Origin: Rubrivivax sp.
GTDB taxonomy: Bacteria > Pseudomonadota > Gammaproteobacteria > Burkholderiales > Burkholderiaceae_C
Length of the DNA: 64,000 nt
Direction: 5' to 3'
NCBI GenBank assembly: GCA_035438245.1
Contig: DAORHX010000001.1
Location: 6,606-70,605, forward strand
Both the position numbers and the translations under genes were made by a program. Numbering within the stretch: the stretch's first letter is position 1; each line of letters opens with the position of its first letter. Below the pieces are notes generated by a model that had not been told where the DNA came from, did not search any database, and worked only from the letters and a program-made list of their open reading frames with translations. This document shows, in pieces, positions 50,722 through 59,644 of this stretch.

Positions 50722-51192
50722 ATGAACAACTCCTTTCCCCGCCTGATCGATGGCATGTGCGCCACGCTGCGTGCCGAGGTGCTGAGTCGTCTCGACGATG
50801 AATTCGCGCGCGGCCAGGTGTTCGGTGTCATCAATCTGCTGAACACCTTCAAGGTGCGCGCCGACTGGTCGGCCGGCTTCCTGCTCGAGCAGATCGCGGC
50901 GCAGCAGCGTGCGCTGGACGCGATCCGGCCGCTGGTCGGTCTCGCATTTCCCGACGAAGCACTGCCTCGGCCGGTCCCGGCGGGCGAGCTGCTTGCACGA
51001 CGCGATGCAGGCAACCGCACGTTGGCCGAAGTGATGGCCTGGCTCGACGGCGACGGCGTGCAGCTACCGCCGGAGCGACGGGCCGAGGTCGAGGCGCAGC
51101 TGCGGCAGGCAATGCGTGCCGAGGTCGAACTCGAGCTGAAGAACTCGCCGCGACCCCTGTTTGCCGAGATGTCGAGCGGTCGCGAAGGCTGA
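50722..51192 (+). CDS. Small helical protein, possible LvaB-like kinase partner
   Basis: 156 aa, GGAGG RBS, directly after the kinase gene; function inferred from position only. Confidence 0.65.
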   Translation: MNNSFPRLIDGMCATLRAEVLSRLDDEFARGQVFGVINLLNTFKVRADWSAGFLLEQIAAQQRALDAIRPLVGLAFPDEALPRPVPAGELLARRDAGNRTLAEVMAWLDGDGVQLPPERRAEVEAQLRQAMRAEVELELKNSPRPLFAEMSSGREG

Positions 51193-51256
51193 TCCCTTCG
51201 GCACAGCGCCCGTGTCGGTGCGACTCGGGACAAACCCGACTACGTACTCCGTGTCA

Positions 51257-51293
51257 TTGACGATGTACTGATGCATATCGTACACTAGCGAAC
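51257..51293 (+). promoter_or_regulatory. Sigma70-like promoter overlapped by operator copy 8 (GTACACTAGCGAAC, 51280-51293)
   Basis: TTGACG at 51257-51262, 18-bp spacer, TACACT at 51281-51286 inside the palindrome. Confidence 0.68.
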
Positions 51294-51320
51294 AAATAGA
51301 CCGTCTTCAGGAGACAAGCC

Positions 51321-52514
51321 ATGCCCTCTCTCGTCCGCCGAACCCTCTGTGCCGCCTCGCTGGCGATCGCCGTTCCCTTCGCAACCGCGCAGCCGGCAGC
51401 GCCGATCAAGGTCGGCCTGCTGTTGATCGACAGCGGCCCCTTTGCCACCTACGCCGGCCTGATGGAATCCGGCGCCAAGGCAGCCGTGGAAATCCTTAAC
51501 GCCGAGGGCGGTGCGCTCGGGCGAAAGTTCGAGCTCGTCATCCAGGCGCACTCGGGCACGCCGGCAGGCGCCGTGGCCGCGGCCACCAAGCTGGCGCAGC
51601 AGGGCGGTGTGTCGATGATCATGGGCCAGACGCAAAGCTCGCACTCGCTGGCACTGGTGCCGAAGCTCGAGTCGCTGAACGTCCTGCAGATCGACCACTA
51701 TGCGCAGAGCAACGACCTGATGACCAAGTCCTGCGCGCCGAACTACTTCCGCGTCAACACACCCGATGCGCTGACCACACGGATGATGCAGGAGTTCGTC
51801 AAGACCAGCGGCGCCAAGACCTGGAACCTGATCTCGATGGACTATGCCGCCGGGCAGAGCTTCTCGAAGAGCTTTGCCGAACTGGTGGGCAGCAGCGGCG
51901 GCAGCGTGCAGCAGAGCCTGTTCTCGCCGCAGGGCACGGCGGACTTCGGCAGCTACATCTCGCAGCTGTCCAAGCCGACCGATGCGTTGGTGGTGACGCT
52001 CTTCATGAGCGATGGCCAGTCCTTTGCCAAGCAGTCCAAGCAGTTCGGCCTGTTCGACAAGTACAAGCTGGTGCTGGGCAACGGCTTTGCGACCGACTTC
52101 CAGCTCGAGGCGATGGGTGACAACGTGCTCGGCGTCTACAACACGCTGAGCTGGACGCCGGAGCTGCCCGGCACCCGCAATGCGGCCTACGTCAAGGAGT
52201 TCGAGCGCATCGCCAAGCGCCGCCCCTTCTACACTGATGCCGACATGATGGCCACGCTGGAGACCTACCGTGCCGGGGTTATCAAGGCCGGGTCCACCGA
52301 CCCGGACAAAGTGCGTAAGGCACTCGAGGGGCTGAAGATCGACACGATCTTCGGCAACGTCGAAATGCGCGCTGCCGACCATCACCTGATCCGCCAGCAC
52401 GGCATGGCGCAGGTGGTGAAGGGACCCGGCGGCAAGAACGTCTTCCAGATGAAGGTCGTCAAGTCCGGACCGGAGATCTATCCGCCGGCCAGTGCCGAGT
52501 GCAAGGCGAGCTGA
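51321..52514 (+). CDS. Liv-type ABC transporter substrate-binding protein
   Basis: Signal peptide; IKVGLL, GGALGRKFEL, DFGSYISQL. Confidence 0.9.
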   Translation: MPSLVRRTLCAASLAIAVPFATAQPAAPIKVGLLLIDSGPFATYAGLMESGAKAAVEILNAEGGALGRKFELVIQAHSGTPAGAVAAATKLAQQGGVSMIMGQTQSSHSLALVPKLESLNVLQIDHYAQSNDLMTKSCAPNYFRVNTPDALTTRMMQEFVKTSGAKTWNLISMDYAAGQSFSKSFAELVGSSGGSVQQSLFSPQGTADFGSYISQLSKPTDALVVTLFMSDGQSFAKQSKQFGLFDKYKLVLGNGFATDFQLEAMGDNVLGVYNTLSWTPELPGTRNAAYVKEFERIAKRRPFYTDADMMATLETYRAGVIKAGSTDPDKVRKALEGLKIDTIFGNVEMRAADHHLIRQHGMAQVVKGPGGKNVFQMKVVKSGPEIYPPASAECKAS

Positions 52515-52527
52515 TGAGGTCAAAGAC

Positions 52528-53400
52528 GTGGACTTCTCCCACCTCGTCAATGTCGCGCAGTTCGCCAATGCGCTGGCGCTGGCGTCGCTGCTGACCATTC
52601 TGGCCAGCGGGCTGGCCCTGATCTTCGGCCTGCGCGACGTGATGAACTTCGGCCACGGTGCCTTCTACATGCTCGGTGCCTATGTCGGCTATACAGTCGG
52701 CAAGAGCCTGGGTTTCTGGGCGGCGCTGGTCATCGTTCCGCTGCTGCTCGCCGCGGTTGGCGCGGTCTTCGAGCTGGCGGTGCTGCGGCCGTTGCAGAAG
52801 CGCTCGCACATGGACGTGGCGTTGGTTACCTTCGGGCTGGCGCTGATCATCGGTCCGGTGGTGCACAAGATCTGGGGCACGGTGCCGCTGTCGGTGGAGC
52901 CGCCACCCGCGCTGGAGGGCTCGGTGAACCTCTTCGGCACGATGTACCCGTCCTACCGGCTGTTCCTGATCGCGGTCGGCTTCGGCACCTGCCTGGCGCT
53001 CGCCGCGTGGCTGAAGTTCACACGCAGCGGCATGTACACGCGCGCTGTCAGCCAGCAGCCGCACGTGGCGCGAATGATGGGCGTCAACACCGACCGGCTG
53101 AGCCTGATGGTCGTGTGTCTGGGGATCGCCTTTGCCGGGTTGGCGGGCGTGCTGGCCGGGCCCTATCTGTCGGTCGACCCCGGCATGGGCGGCAGCATCC
53201 TGATCAGTTGCCTGATCGTGGTCGTCGTCGGCGGTTTGGGCAGCATCGGCGGCGCGATTGCCGCCGCGCTGGTCTACGGCTTCATCCAGGTGATCGGCAC
53301 CGTACTGTTTCCGGCGCTCGCCGTGCTCGCGCCCTATCTGCTGCTCTTCGGCGTGCTGCTGTGGCGGCCGCAGGGCTTCGGCCGCGGGAGGGTAGCCTGA
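52528..53400 (+). CDS. Liv-type ABC permease (LivH-like)
   Basis: GLALIFGLRDVMNFGHG, VVVVGGLGSIGG, LWRPQG. Confidence 0.9.
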   Translation: MDFSHLVNVAQFANALALASLLTILASGLALIFGLRDVMNFGHGAFYMLGAYVGYTVGKSLGFWAALVIVPLLLAAVGAVFELAVLRPLQKRSHMDVALVTFGLALIIGPVVHKIWGTVPLSVEPPPALEGSVNLFGTMYPSYRLFLIAVGFGTCLALAAWLKFTRSGMYTRAVSQQPHVARMMGVNTDRLSLMVVCLGIAFAGLAGVLAGPYLSVDPGMGGSILISCLIVVVVGGLGSIGGAIAAALVYGFIQVIGTVLFPALAVLAPYLLLFGVLLWRPQGFGRGRVA

Positions 53401-54401
53401 TGGGTGCGGTGATGAGCGCCGCCAAGCCGGCGTCGCGGCCGGTGGTGTCAAGGCGTTCGCCCTGGCGCTCACTGATCGTCGTCGGCGCCGTCACGGTGGT
53501 CGGTTGCTTCCTTCCTTGGGTGCTGACCAGCAGCTTCTATCTCAGCCTGCTGATCAACGGCGTGTTGCTCGGCATCGCCGCGGTAGGCATCGGCTTCCTG
53601 ATGCATCAATGCGGGCTGGTGATGTTCGGCGTGGCCGCTTTCATCGGCCTACCGGCCTATCTGCTGGGCATTTTCACCACCCATCTCGGCATCGGCTTGG
53701 CTTGGGCTGTGCCATTGGCGCTGCTCGTCAGCACGGCCTTCGCGGCACTCAGCGGTGCGCTGGTCGTGCGTGCGCGTCCGCTGCCCTTTGCGATGCTGAC
53801 GCTGGCGCTGGCGCAGATGCTCAAGTCGATGTCCACGCTGCAGGTGATGCGGCCCGTGACCGGTGGCGACGACGGCCTGACGATGACTTTCACCGGTAGC
53901 TTCTTGGGCCTGTCGCAGGCCGGTCTGGCCAAAGCCTCAACCTTCTGGCCGCTGGCCTGGGTGGCGCTGTGTTTGGTGATGTGGCTACTGTGGAGCGCGG
54001 CGCATTCGCGCTTCGGCCAGGTGCTGCGCGCCACACAGGCCAATGAGGAACGCATGCGTTTCTCGGGCTTCGATACCTACGTGCCGCGCTGGCTGGCCTT
54101 CGTGTTGACGAGCTTTGTCGTCTCGATCGCTGGGGTGTTGATGGCGCTGCATTCGGCCTTTGCGTCGCCGGAGCTGCTGGACTTTGCCACCGGCGGACAC
54201 GCGCTGGTGGCGATGCTGGTCGGCGGGGGCGGCACCGTCGGCGGCCCGCTGCTGGGTGCGCTGCTCTACACCTGGGGTCAGGATGCCTTCGGCGCCACTG
54301 GTTACCTGGAGCTACTCACCGGCATCGCGGTCGTGGTCATGATCGCCGCGTTTCCGCAAGGTGCGATGGGCTTCCTGCTCAAACTGTGGAGGCGCCGCTG
54401 A
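53400..54401 (+). CDS. Liv-type ABC permease (LivM-like)
   Basis: FAMLTLALAQM, TGGDDG, SRFGQVLRA, VGGGGTVGGPLLG. Confidence 0.9.
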   Translation: MGAVMSAAKPASRPVVSRRSPWRSLIVVGAVTVVGCFLPWVLTSSFYLSLLINGVLLGIAAVGIGFLMHQCGLVMFGVAAFIGLPAYLLGIFTTHLGIGLAWAVPLALLVSTAFAALSGALVVRARPLPFAMLTLALAQMLKSMSTLQVMRPVTGGDDGLTMTFTGSFLGLSQAGLAKASTFWPLAWVALCLVMWLLWSAAHSRFGQVLRATQANEERMRFSGFDTYVPRWLAFVLTSFVVSIAGVLMALHSAFASPELLDFATGGHALVAMLVGGGGTVGGPLLGALLYTWGQDAFGATGYLELLTGIAVVVMIAAFPQGAMGFLLKLWRRR

Positions 54402-54402
54402 C

Positions 54403-55101
54403 ATGCTGCGAGTCGAAGACCTGAGTGTCAGCTATGGCAGCGTCCAGGCGTTGGCCGGGGTCAACCTGGAAGTGGCCGAACGCGGTGTGTTGCACGGCAT
54501 CATCGGTCCGAACGGTGCCGGCAAGAGCACGTTGATGGATGCGATCACCGGCCGGCGCCGACCCACGGGAGGGCGCGTGTTTGTCGACGGCCAGGACATC
54601 ACGCAGCGCAGCGTCGTCTGGCGCCGGCGCGCGGGCATGTCGCGCTCGTTCCAGCGCACCAGCATCTTCCCCGGCATCAGCGTACGCGAGCAACTGGAGC
54701 TGGTGGCGTCGCAGTTGAACGAGCCCGATCTGGACGAAATCGTCGAAGCCTTCGAACTGCGCGCTGCGCTAGACCAGCCGGCCGACGGCATCGCTTATGG
54801 CGACCAGCGGCGGGTCGATATCGCGCTGGCGATGATCGGCAAGCCGAGCCTGATGCTGTTGGATGAACCTGCCGCGGGCTTGTCGACGACGGAGACGGTG
54901 GCGCTGTTCGAGCACCTGGTAAAGCTGGTGAAACATCGACGCGTAACTGCACTCGTGGTCGAGCACGACGTCGACGCGGTGTTCCGCTTCTGCGACGCGG
55001 TGACGGCGCTGGACCTCGGACGCGTGATCGCCAGTGGCGCACCGGAGCAGGTGCGCAAGGATCCGCGCGTCATTTCCGCCTATTTGGGGACGGCCGCATG
55101 A
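54403..55101 (+). CDS. ABC ATP-binding protein (LivG-like)
   Basis: GPNGAGKST, LLDEPAAG, VVEHD. Confidence 0.92.
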   Translation: MLRVEDLSVSYGSVQALAGVNLEVAERGVLHGIIGPNGAGKSTLMDAITGRRRPTGGRVFVDGQDITQRSVVWRRRAGMSRSFQRTSIFPGISVREQLELVASQLNEPDLDEIVEAFELRAALDQPADGIAYGDQRRVDIALAMIGKPSLMLLDEPAAGLSTTETVALFEHLVKLVKHRRVTALVVEHDVDAVFRFCDAVTALDLGRVIASGAPEQVRKDPRVISAYLGTAA

Positions 55102-55793
55102 GCTTCATCTCGATCCGTGGGCTGACGGCCGGCTACGGCAAGTCGGTCGTGCTGCGTGGCATCGACCTAGAGGTGGACGAAGGCGAATCCGTTGCCGTGG
55201 TGGGCAAGAACGGCGCCGGCAAGTCCACGCTGATCAACAGCTTCTTCGGCGGTACCACGCTGAAGGGCGGCAGCATCAACGTAGGCGGTGTCGCCCTCGA
55301 GAAGCTCCCATCCTACGCCGCGCCCAAGCATGGCGTCAGCGTCAGCCCTCAGGGGCGGCTGATCCTGGCGCACTTGACGGTGCAGGAGAACCTGTTGCTC
55401 GGCGCCGCCAGCGGCCGCAAGGGGCACTGGACGCTGCAGCGCATCTTCGAGCTGTTTCCGATCCTGCAGGAGCGCCGGCATCGCATGGGCACCGCGCTTT
55501 CCGGCGGTCAACAGCAGATGCTGGCGGTGGGCCGCGCGCTGCTTAGCAACCCGAAGGTGATCCTGCTCGACGAGCCGACCGAAGGCCTGTCGCCCGTATT
55601 GGTCGACGACTTGGTCACCACCTTCAACAAGATCCGCGCCGCGGGCACCGGGGTGCTGGTGGTCGAGCAGCACCTGAACCTGGTGCGGCGCACGACTCAG
55701 CGCTTCGTCGTGATGGCCAAGGGCGAGATCATCGACCGCGGCCGCACCGAGGACATCGACAGTGAACAGCACAGGGCGGCGCTGGCTTTCTGA
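55098..55793 (+). CDS. ABC ATP-binding protein (LivF-like)
   Basis: GKNGAGKST, LSGGQQQM, LLDEPTEG. Confidence 0.92.
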   Translation: MSFISIRGLTAGYGKSVVLRGIDLEVDEGESVAVVGKNGAGKSTLINSFFGGTTLKGGSINVGGVALEKLPSYAAPKHGVSVSPQGRLILAHLTVQENLLLGAASGRKGHWTLQRIFELFPILQERRHRMGTALSGGQQQMLAVGRALLSNPKVILLDEPTEGLSPVLVDDLVTTFNKIRAAGTGVLVVEQHLNLVRRTTQRFVVMAKGEIIDRGRTEDIDSEQHRAALAF

Positions 55794-55866
55794 ACGGGCG
55801 CAAAGGTTGCGCTGAGTCCGCCGGCCTACTGGAGAAGCGCTTGGTGCGAGCGCGTGGAGGTGCCCG

Positions 55867-56739
55867 ATGCAGCAGTCCGAACCGCTTCGCGCTGTGGGTG
55901 CCGCGGACCTTCACGACGTAGTCGATGCACTGGGCAGTCGTTGCTTCGGCCCGAGGATGGCGGCCTATGCCGATTCAGTGTTTGGCGGGCATGTCTGCTT
56001 CGCTTATCACCACGAACTCGGCCAGATGCGCGCGCTGGCCGCTGGTCACGTGCCCCCCGACCCGACCAACGTGCTGGTTCCCAATGTCTGGAGGTACACG
56101 CGGCAGCGGGAGTGGGAGCGCGACGCGTGCCTGGCTCGCGGCATGTCATCGATCTCAGCACATTTGACGGACGCACATTTTCACGATCACCGAGGTATCG
56201 AGTCGCGGCGTCATTGGCCATGGCAGATCCCGACGCCGCTCGTGGACAAGATCCTGCTCTGTCGCAGTACGGCAGAAGGCGATTTCATTCTCGAGTTTTC
56301 GCGTTGGGGAGACTGCGCCGAATTCGATCGGCCGGCCATCCAGCGCGCGGTCGAGACCGGCCGGCTGCTGATCACCCTGGCAACCTTGCACCGCCGAATG
56401 CTGGTCTCACAGCGCGACCCCGCTACCGCATTCGGTTCCTCGAGCGAGATCGAACAATGCCTCGCCCGCACGACCAGCTTAACGGCCCGCGAGCGTCAGG
56501 TTTGCGCACTCCAATTGATCGGCGCCAACGGATCGGCCATCGGCGCCGAACTCGGCATTGAGGCCGAGAGCGTCAAGTCCTATCGAAAACGCGCGTACCT
56601 TCGACTCGGTGTTTCCAGCGAGCGAGAGCTCCTGCTGAAGTTCCTGTCGCTTCGCGCCGCGTGGAAGGGGCGCAGCCACGATCTGGGCACACCCTCCGAT
56701 CCATGGCGCATGCCTTTCTTGCTCGAAGGGACCGCATAG
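55867..56739 (+). CDS. LuxR-family HTH transcriptional regulator
   Basis: C-terminal LTARERQVC...IGAELGIEAESVKSYRKRAYLRLGV. Confidence 0.8.
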   Translation: MQQSEPLRAVGAADLHDVVDALGSRCFGPRMAAYADSVFGGHVCFAYHHELGQMRALAAGHVPPDPTNVLVPNVWRYTRQREWERDACLARGMSSISAHLTDAHFHDHRGIESRRHWPWQIPTPLVDKILLCRSTAEGDFILEFSRWGDCAEFDRPAIQRAVETGRLLITLATLHRRMLVSQRDPATAFGSSSEIEQCLARTTSLTARERQVCALQLIGANGSAIGAELGIEAESVKSYRKRAYLRLGVSSERELLLKFLSLRAAWKGRSHDLGTPSDPWRMPFLLEGTA

Positions 56740-56771
56740 ATCCGTGCGACGCGCCCGCCCATCGTTGTTGT

Positions 56772-58331
56772 TCAGGATGTCGCGCAGGTGTAGTTTGCCG
56801 CGTCGTTAACGTCACCGCTTCCTTTGTAGCGCGGGAAAGTCGGATAGCGGCACAGCGGCCGCGACAGGACCGTCGCTCCCGTGCTGCTGTTGACCCGCTT
56901 GGTCGTCAGATCGCCGGGGGCCGTGTTCTGCGTCACCCATGCATCAAGCGCCGGCAGCATAGAAGTCGATTGGTCCGCGCCCGTACCACCGCCGCAATGC
57001 TGGACGCCAGGCGATACATAGAGCCGGGAGAAGCTGTCCATGGCAGCCTGTCCGCCCGCTGCCGTCTTTACGGCATCGTAGTAGTCGATCGTGCTCTGCA
57101 ACGGCACCGCCGCATCGGCCGCGCCGTGCCACAACAGCAGCTTCGCGCCCGTTAGTCTGAACGAAGTCATGTTGGGATCGGTGACGTCGATCTCGTCGGC
57201 CATTGCCTGCACGATGGCCGCGTTGGCCTTGAAATCGTAGTCGACCCAGTTTGCCGCGGGGTCGCCGCCGAGCAGATTCTTTACCACCGACGCCCCGAAT
57301 AGTCCGGTGATGGTCGAAGCAGGGTTGCCGATGATCCAGCTGGCCCAACCACCAGGCACCGCGATCTCGCCCAGCAGGGCAAACGGCGAGTGGCTCGTGA
57401 CATTTGGTGTGCCGGCACCGCCAGTCATGCGCGAGGTCGCAGACGCGACGACATTGATCTGCGCATCCGAGAGGCAACTGTCGCTTTCGTCGCCGCCGGA
57501 CGGACAGCGCAGCACGCTGGCGTCGTAGCGACAGGCAGCGATGTTCGAGATGATGCCGTCGCTCACGCCGTCCAGGGCGTCGCAGGAAGCCATCAGCGAC
57601 GACGACAACAACGTTAACTTGGCGCTGGTGAAGGTGCTGCCGGGAACTCGGGCGAGCAATCGTGCTGTGCGCTGGTAGTTTTCGATCGGAGCCACGAACT
57701 TCGCGGGCGCCTTCGCGATCACGCCGTCGAACATGGTCGGGAATCGCAGGGCGGTCATCAACCCTTCGCGACCACCGTTCGAGCAGCCTTCGAAGTAAGA
57801 GCGCGTAGGTGCGGCGCCGTAGGCCGATTCGGTGATCTGCTTGGCCGCCGCCGCCACCGTCGGTACCGACAGTCGCGAGAAAAGCCGAAGGGCCACAGGA
57901 TCACCGAGCGCGAACGAGCCGTCCAGAGCCGACGTCCCGGTGTGGCCGCTGTCGCTGGACACGTCGACGTACCCTTGGTTCAGGGCCGAGTTGTCTGCGG
58001 CAGGGATGGATCCGTTGAAGCCGCCTCCGCCCCCATAGTGCAGCTTGCCGTTCCACGACACGGGCAAGCGCATCTCGAAGTTGAGTTTCGGGGCGATCTG
58101 TGCCGTGACCTTGCAGTACTCGGGCACCGCCGGCGCAGCGCCCGAGGCAGCCGCTGCAGGCACCATTGCCGTTGCCGAGATCGCAGCGCCACCAATGGAC
58201 TGGGTGGCCAAGCCGGCGCAGGTGCTTGCGCTGACGGTTGGCACAGGCTCGTCATCGTCGCTGCCGCATGCCGTCAGGCCTATGGCGACCACAGCCCCTG
58301 CGCACCATGCGATCGTCGTCTTTTGCTTCAT
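56772..58331 (-). CDS. Tannase/feruloyl esterase family lipoprotein
   Basis: Lipobox GLTA-C; GCSNGG, WHGAAD, GVQHCGGG (CS-D-HC motif); SRPLCRYP. Confidence 0.9.
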   Translation of the reverse strand: MKQKTTIAWCAGAVVAIGLTACGSDDDEPVPTVSASTCAGLATQSIGGAAISATAMVPAAAASGAAPAVPEYCKVTAQIAPKLNFEMRLPVSWNGKLHYGGGGGFNGSIPAADNSALNQGYVDVSSDSGHTGTSALDGSFALGDPVALRLFSRLSVPTVAAAAKQITESAYGAAPTRSYFEGCSNGGREGLMTALRFPTMFDGVIAKAPAKFVAPIENYQRTARLLARVPGSTFTSAKLTLLSSSLMASCDALDGVSDGIISNIAACRYDASVLRCPSGGDESDSCLSDAQINVVASATSRMTGGAGTPNVTSHSPFALLGEIAVPGGWASWIIGNPASTITGLFGASVVKNLLGGDPAANWVDYDFKANAAIVQAMADEIDVTDPNMTSFRLTGAKLLLWHGAADAAVPLQSTIDYYDAVKTAAGGQAAMDSFSRLYVSPGVQHCGGGTGADQSTSMLPALDAWVTQNTAPGDLTTKRVNSSTGATVLSRPLCRYPTFPRYKGSGDVNDAANYTCATS

Positions 58332-58403
58332 CGGTGTCTCCAAGAATGTCTAGTGCCTCCGAGTGGAGGGACAAGGCACGATAGAGATCGATGCATCACA
58401 CGT

Positions 58404-58452
58404 CTGCCCCCCGGGGGGGTTGGTGCGAACCCGCAGTTGCCCGCGGCGCACC
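58404..58452. repeat. REP-like element
   Basis: CTGCCCCCCGGGGGGGTT then a GGTGCG...CGCACC stem; 15/18 identical to 50670-50687. Confidence 0.4.
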
Positions 58453-58457
58453 CTCGG

Positions 58458-59567
58458 TCAGATCGCCGGGTGTTCCTGCACTTCGGCGTACTTTGGGTAG
58501 CCTTTGGCTACGCCGTATTCGATGATGCCGTAGCCCACCTGGTCGCCATCGCGCACCTCGATGACCTGGTCGGCCAGCGTGCGGATCTTGCGGCGAGTCG
58601 CGGGATCCTGCAGGTCCCAGGCCTCGTGCGCGGTGAAAAGCTTGCCCTTGTCGTCGCCGTGGAACCAACCGTCGAGGCCACCGTAGAGCCCGCCCTTCAG
58701 GTAGTAGCGTGTCGGCAGCGCGCGCACCTGCACCGTGCGGCGTTCGCCGCTGGCGAAAGTCAGCTCGAAGCTGGCATGGTCCAGGCTCTGGCCCAGCGGG
58801 TCGGCGAGCCACTTGGCTTCGTGCTGCACCGTCACCAGCTGGTCGCGTCCCGAAGCCTTGCTGCCGAGCGGCCGCACCTGCTCGCCGCTGAGGTAGATCA
58901 GGTCGCCCGGCCCGCGCTCCTTGAAGAAGATGACCAGGCCATGGTCCTTGAACTGCGCGGTGGTCCAGCAGAAGAAGAATGGGGGGTAGAAGGTCAGCGG
59001 CGGCGCGGTCTCGTCGCTGCGCATCTCGGCGCGCACGCCCCAGCTGTGGTCGCGCTGGCCGAGCCAGGAGTCCACCGCCATGCGTCGACCGTCGAACTCC
59101 AACCAGCCGGTGTAACGGCCCATCTGCTGGGCACGGTACATGTGCTCGGTGACGCGGCCGTCCCGCCGGCGCAGGTGGCCGGCCTCCTCGTGCGGGTTCA
59201 GCGTGGCGTGAAACTCCAGTTCGAAGCGCAGGCCGGAATCGTTCTCGGAGAGCGACAGCGTGTGCCGCTTCAGCCCTTCGATGACGCGGATCGACAGTGG
59301 CCCGATCGTCGTATTCAGTGGATCCGGCCGCAGCCGGCGGCTGGCGCGAAAGTTCCACTGGCGTCCCGGCACCGCCACGCCGGCGAAGCCGTCCATCACG
59401 TTGCGGTTCGGGTGATAGCCCAGGCCGATGTCGAAGATCACATCGCCGCCGGGCGCGGGGTGGCCGGTGTACCAGAGCCGCTCCATCCACGCCGGATCAC
59501 TGTTGTCGATCTGGTCGAAAGTCGTGGGCAACTGGTGGCCGATGAGGTCGTCTTGAGGGGTCAGCAT
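58458..59567 (-). CDS. Hypothetical beta-rich protein
   Basis: 369 aa with clean codon bias; ERLWY, YHPNRNVMDGF, GQRDHSWGVR motifs; operator upstream. Confidence 0.8.
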   Translation of the reverse strand: MLTPQDDLIGHQLPTTFDQIDNSDPAWMERLWYTGHPAPGGDVIFDIGLGYHPNRNVMDGFAGVAVPGRQWNFRASRRLRPDPLNTTIGPLSIRVIEGLKRHTLSLSENDSGLRFELEFHATLNPHEEAGHLRRRDGRVTEHMYRAQQMGRYTGWLEFDGRRMAVDSWLGQRDHSWGVRAEMRSDETAPPLTFYPPFFFCWTTAQFKDHGLVIFFKERGPGDLIYLSGEQVRPLGSKASGRDQLVTVQHEAKWLADPLGQSLDHASFELTFASGERRTVQVRALPTRYYLKGGLYGGLDGWFHGDDKGKLFTAHEAWDLQDPATRRKIRTLADQVIEVRDGDQVGYGIIEYGVAKGYPKYAEVQEHPAI

Positions 59568-59598
59568 GATCAGCGGGAATTCCAGGATGGCAATATTA

Positions 59599-59612
59599 GT
59601 ACATTAGCGTAC
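59599..59612. promoter_or_regulatory. Palindromic operator copy 9 (GTACATTAGCGTAC)
   Basis: Divergent 77-bp gap between the hypothetical gene and the crotonase pair. Confidence 0.75.
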
Positions 59613-59644
59613 AGTCTGCATTTCTGCAACCCGTACGGACCCGC

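Noticed and set aside
56772-58331. Calling the esterase MHETase
   Set aside because: Only family-level motifs are shared; no PETase or terephthalate genes are in the window.
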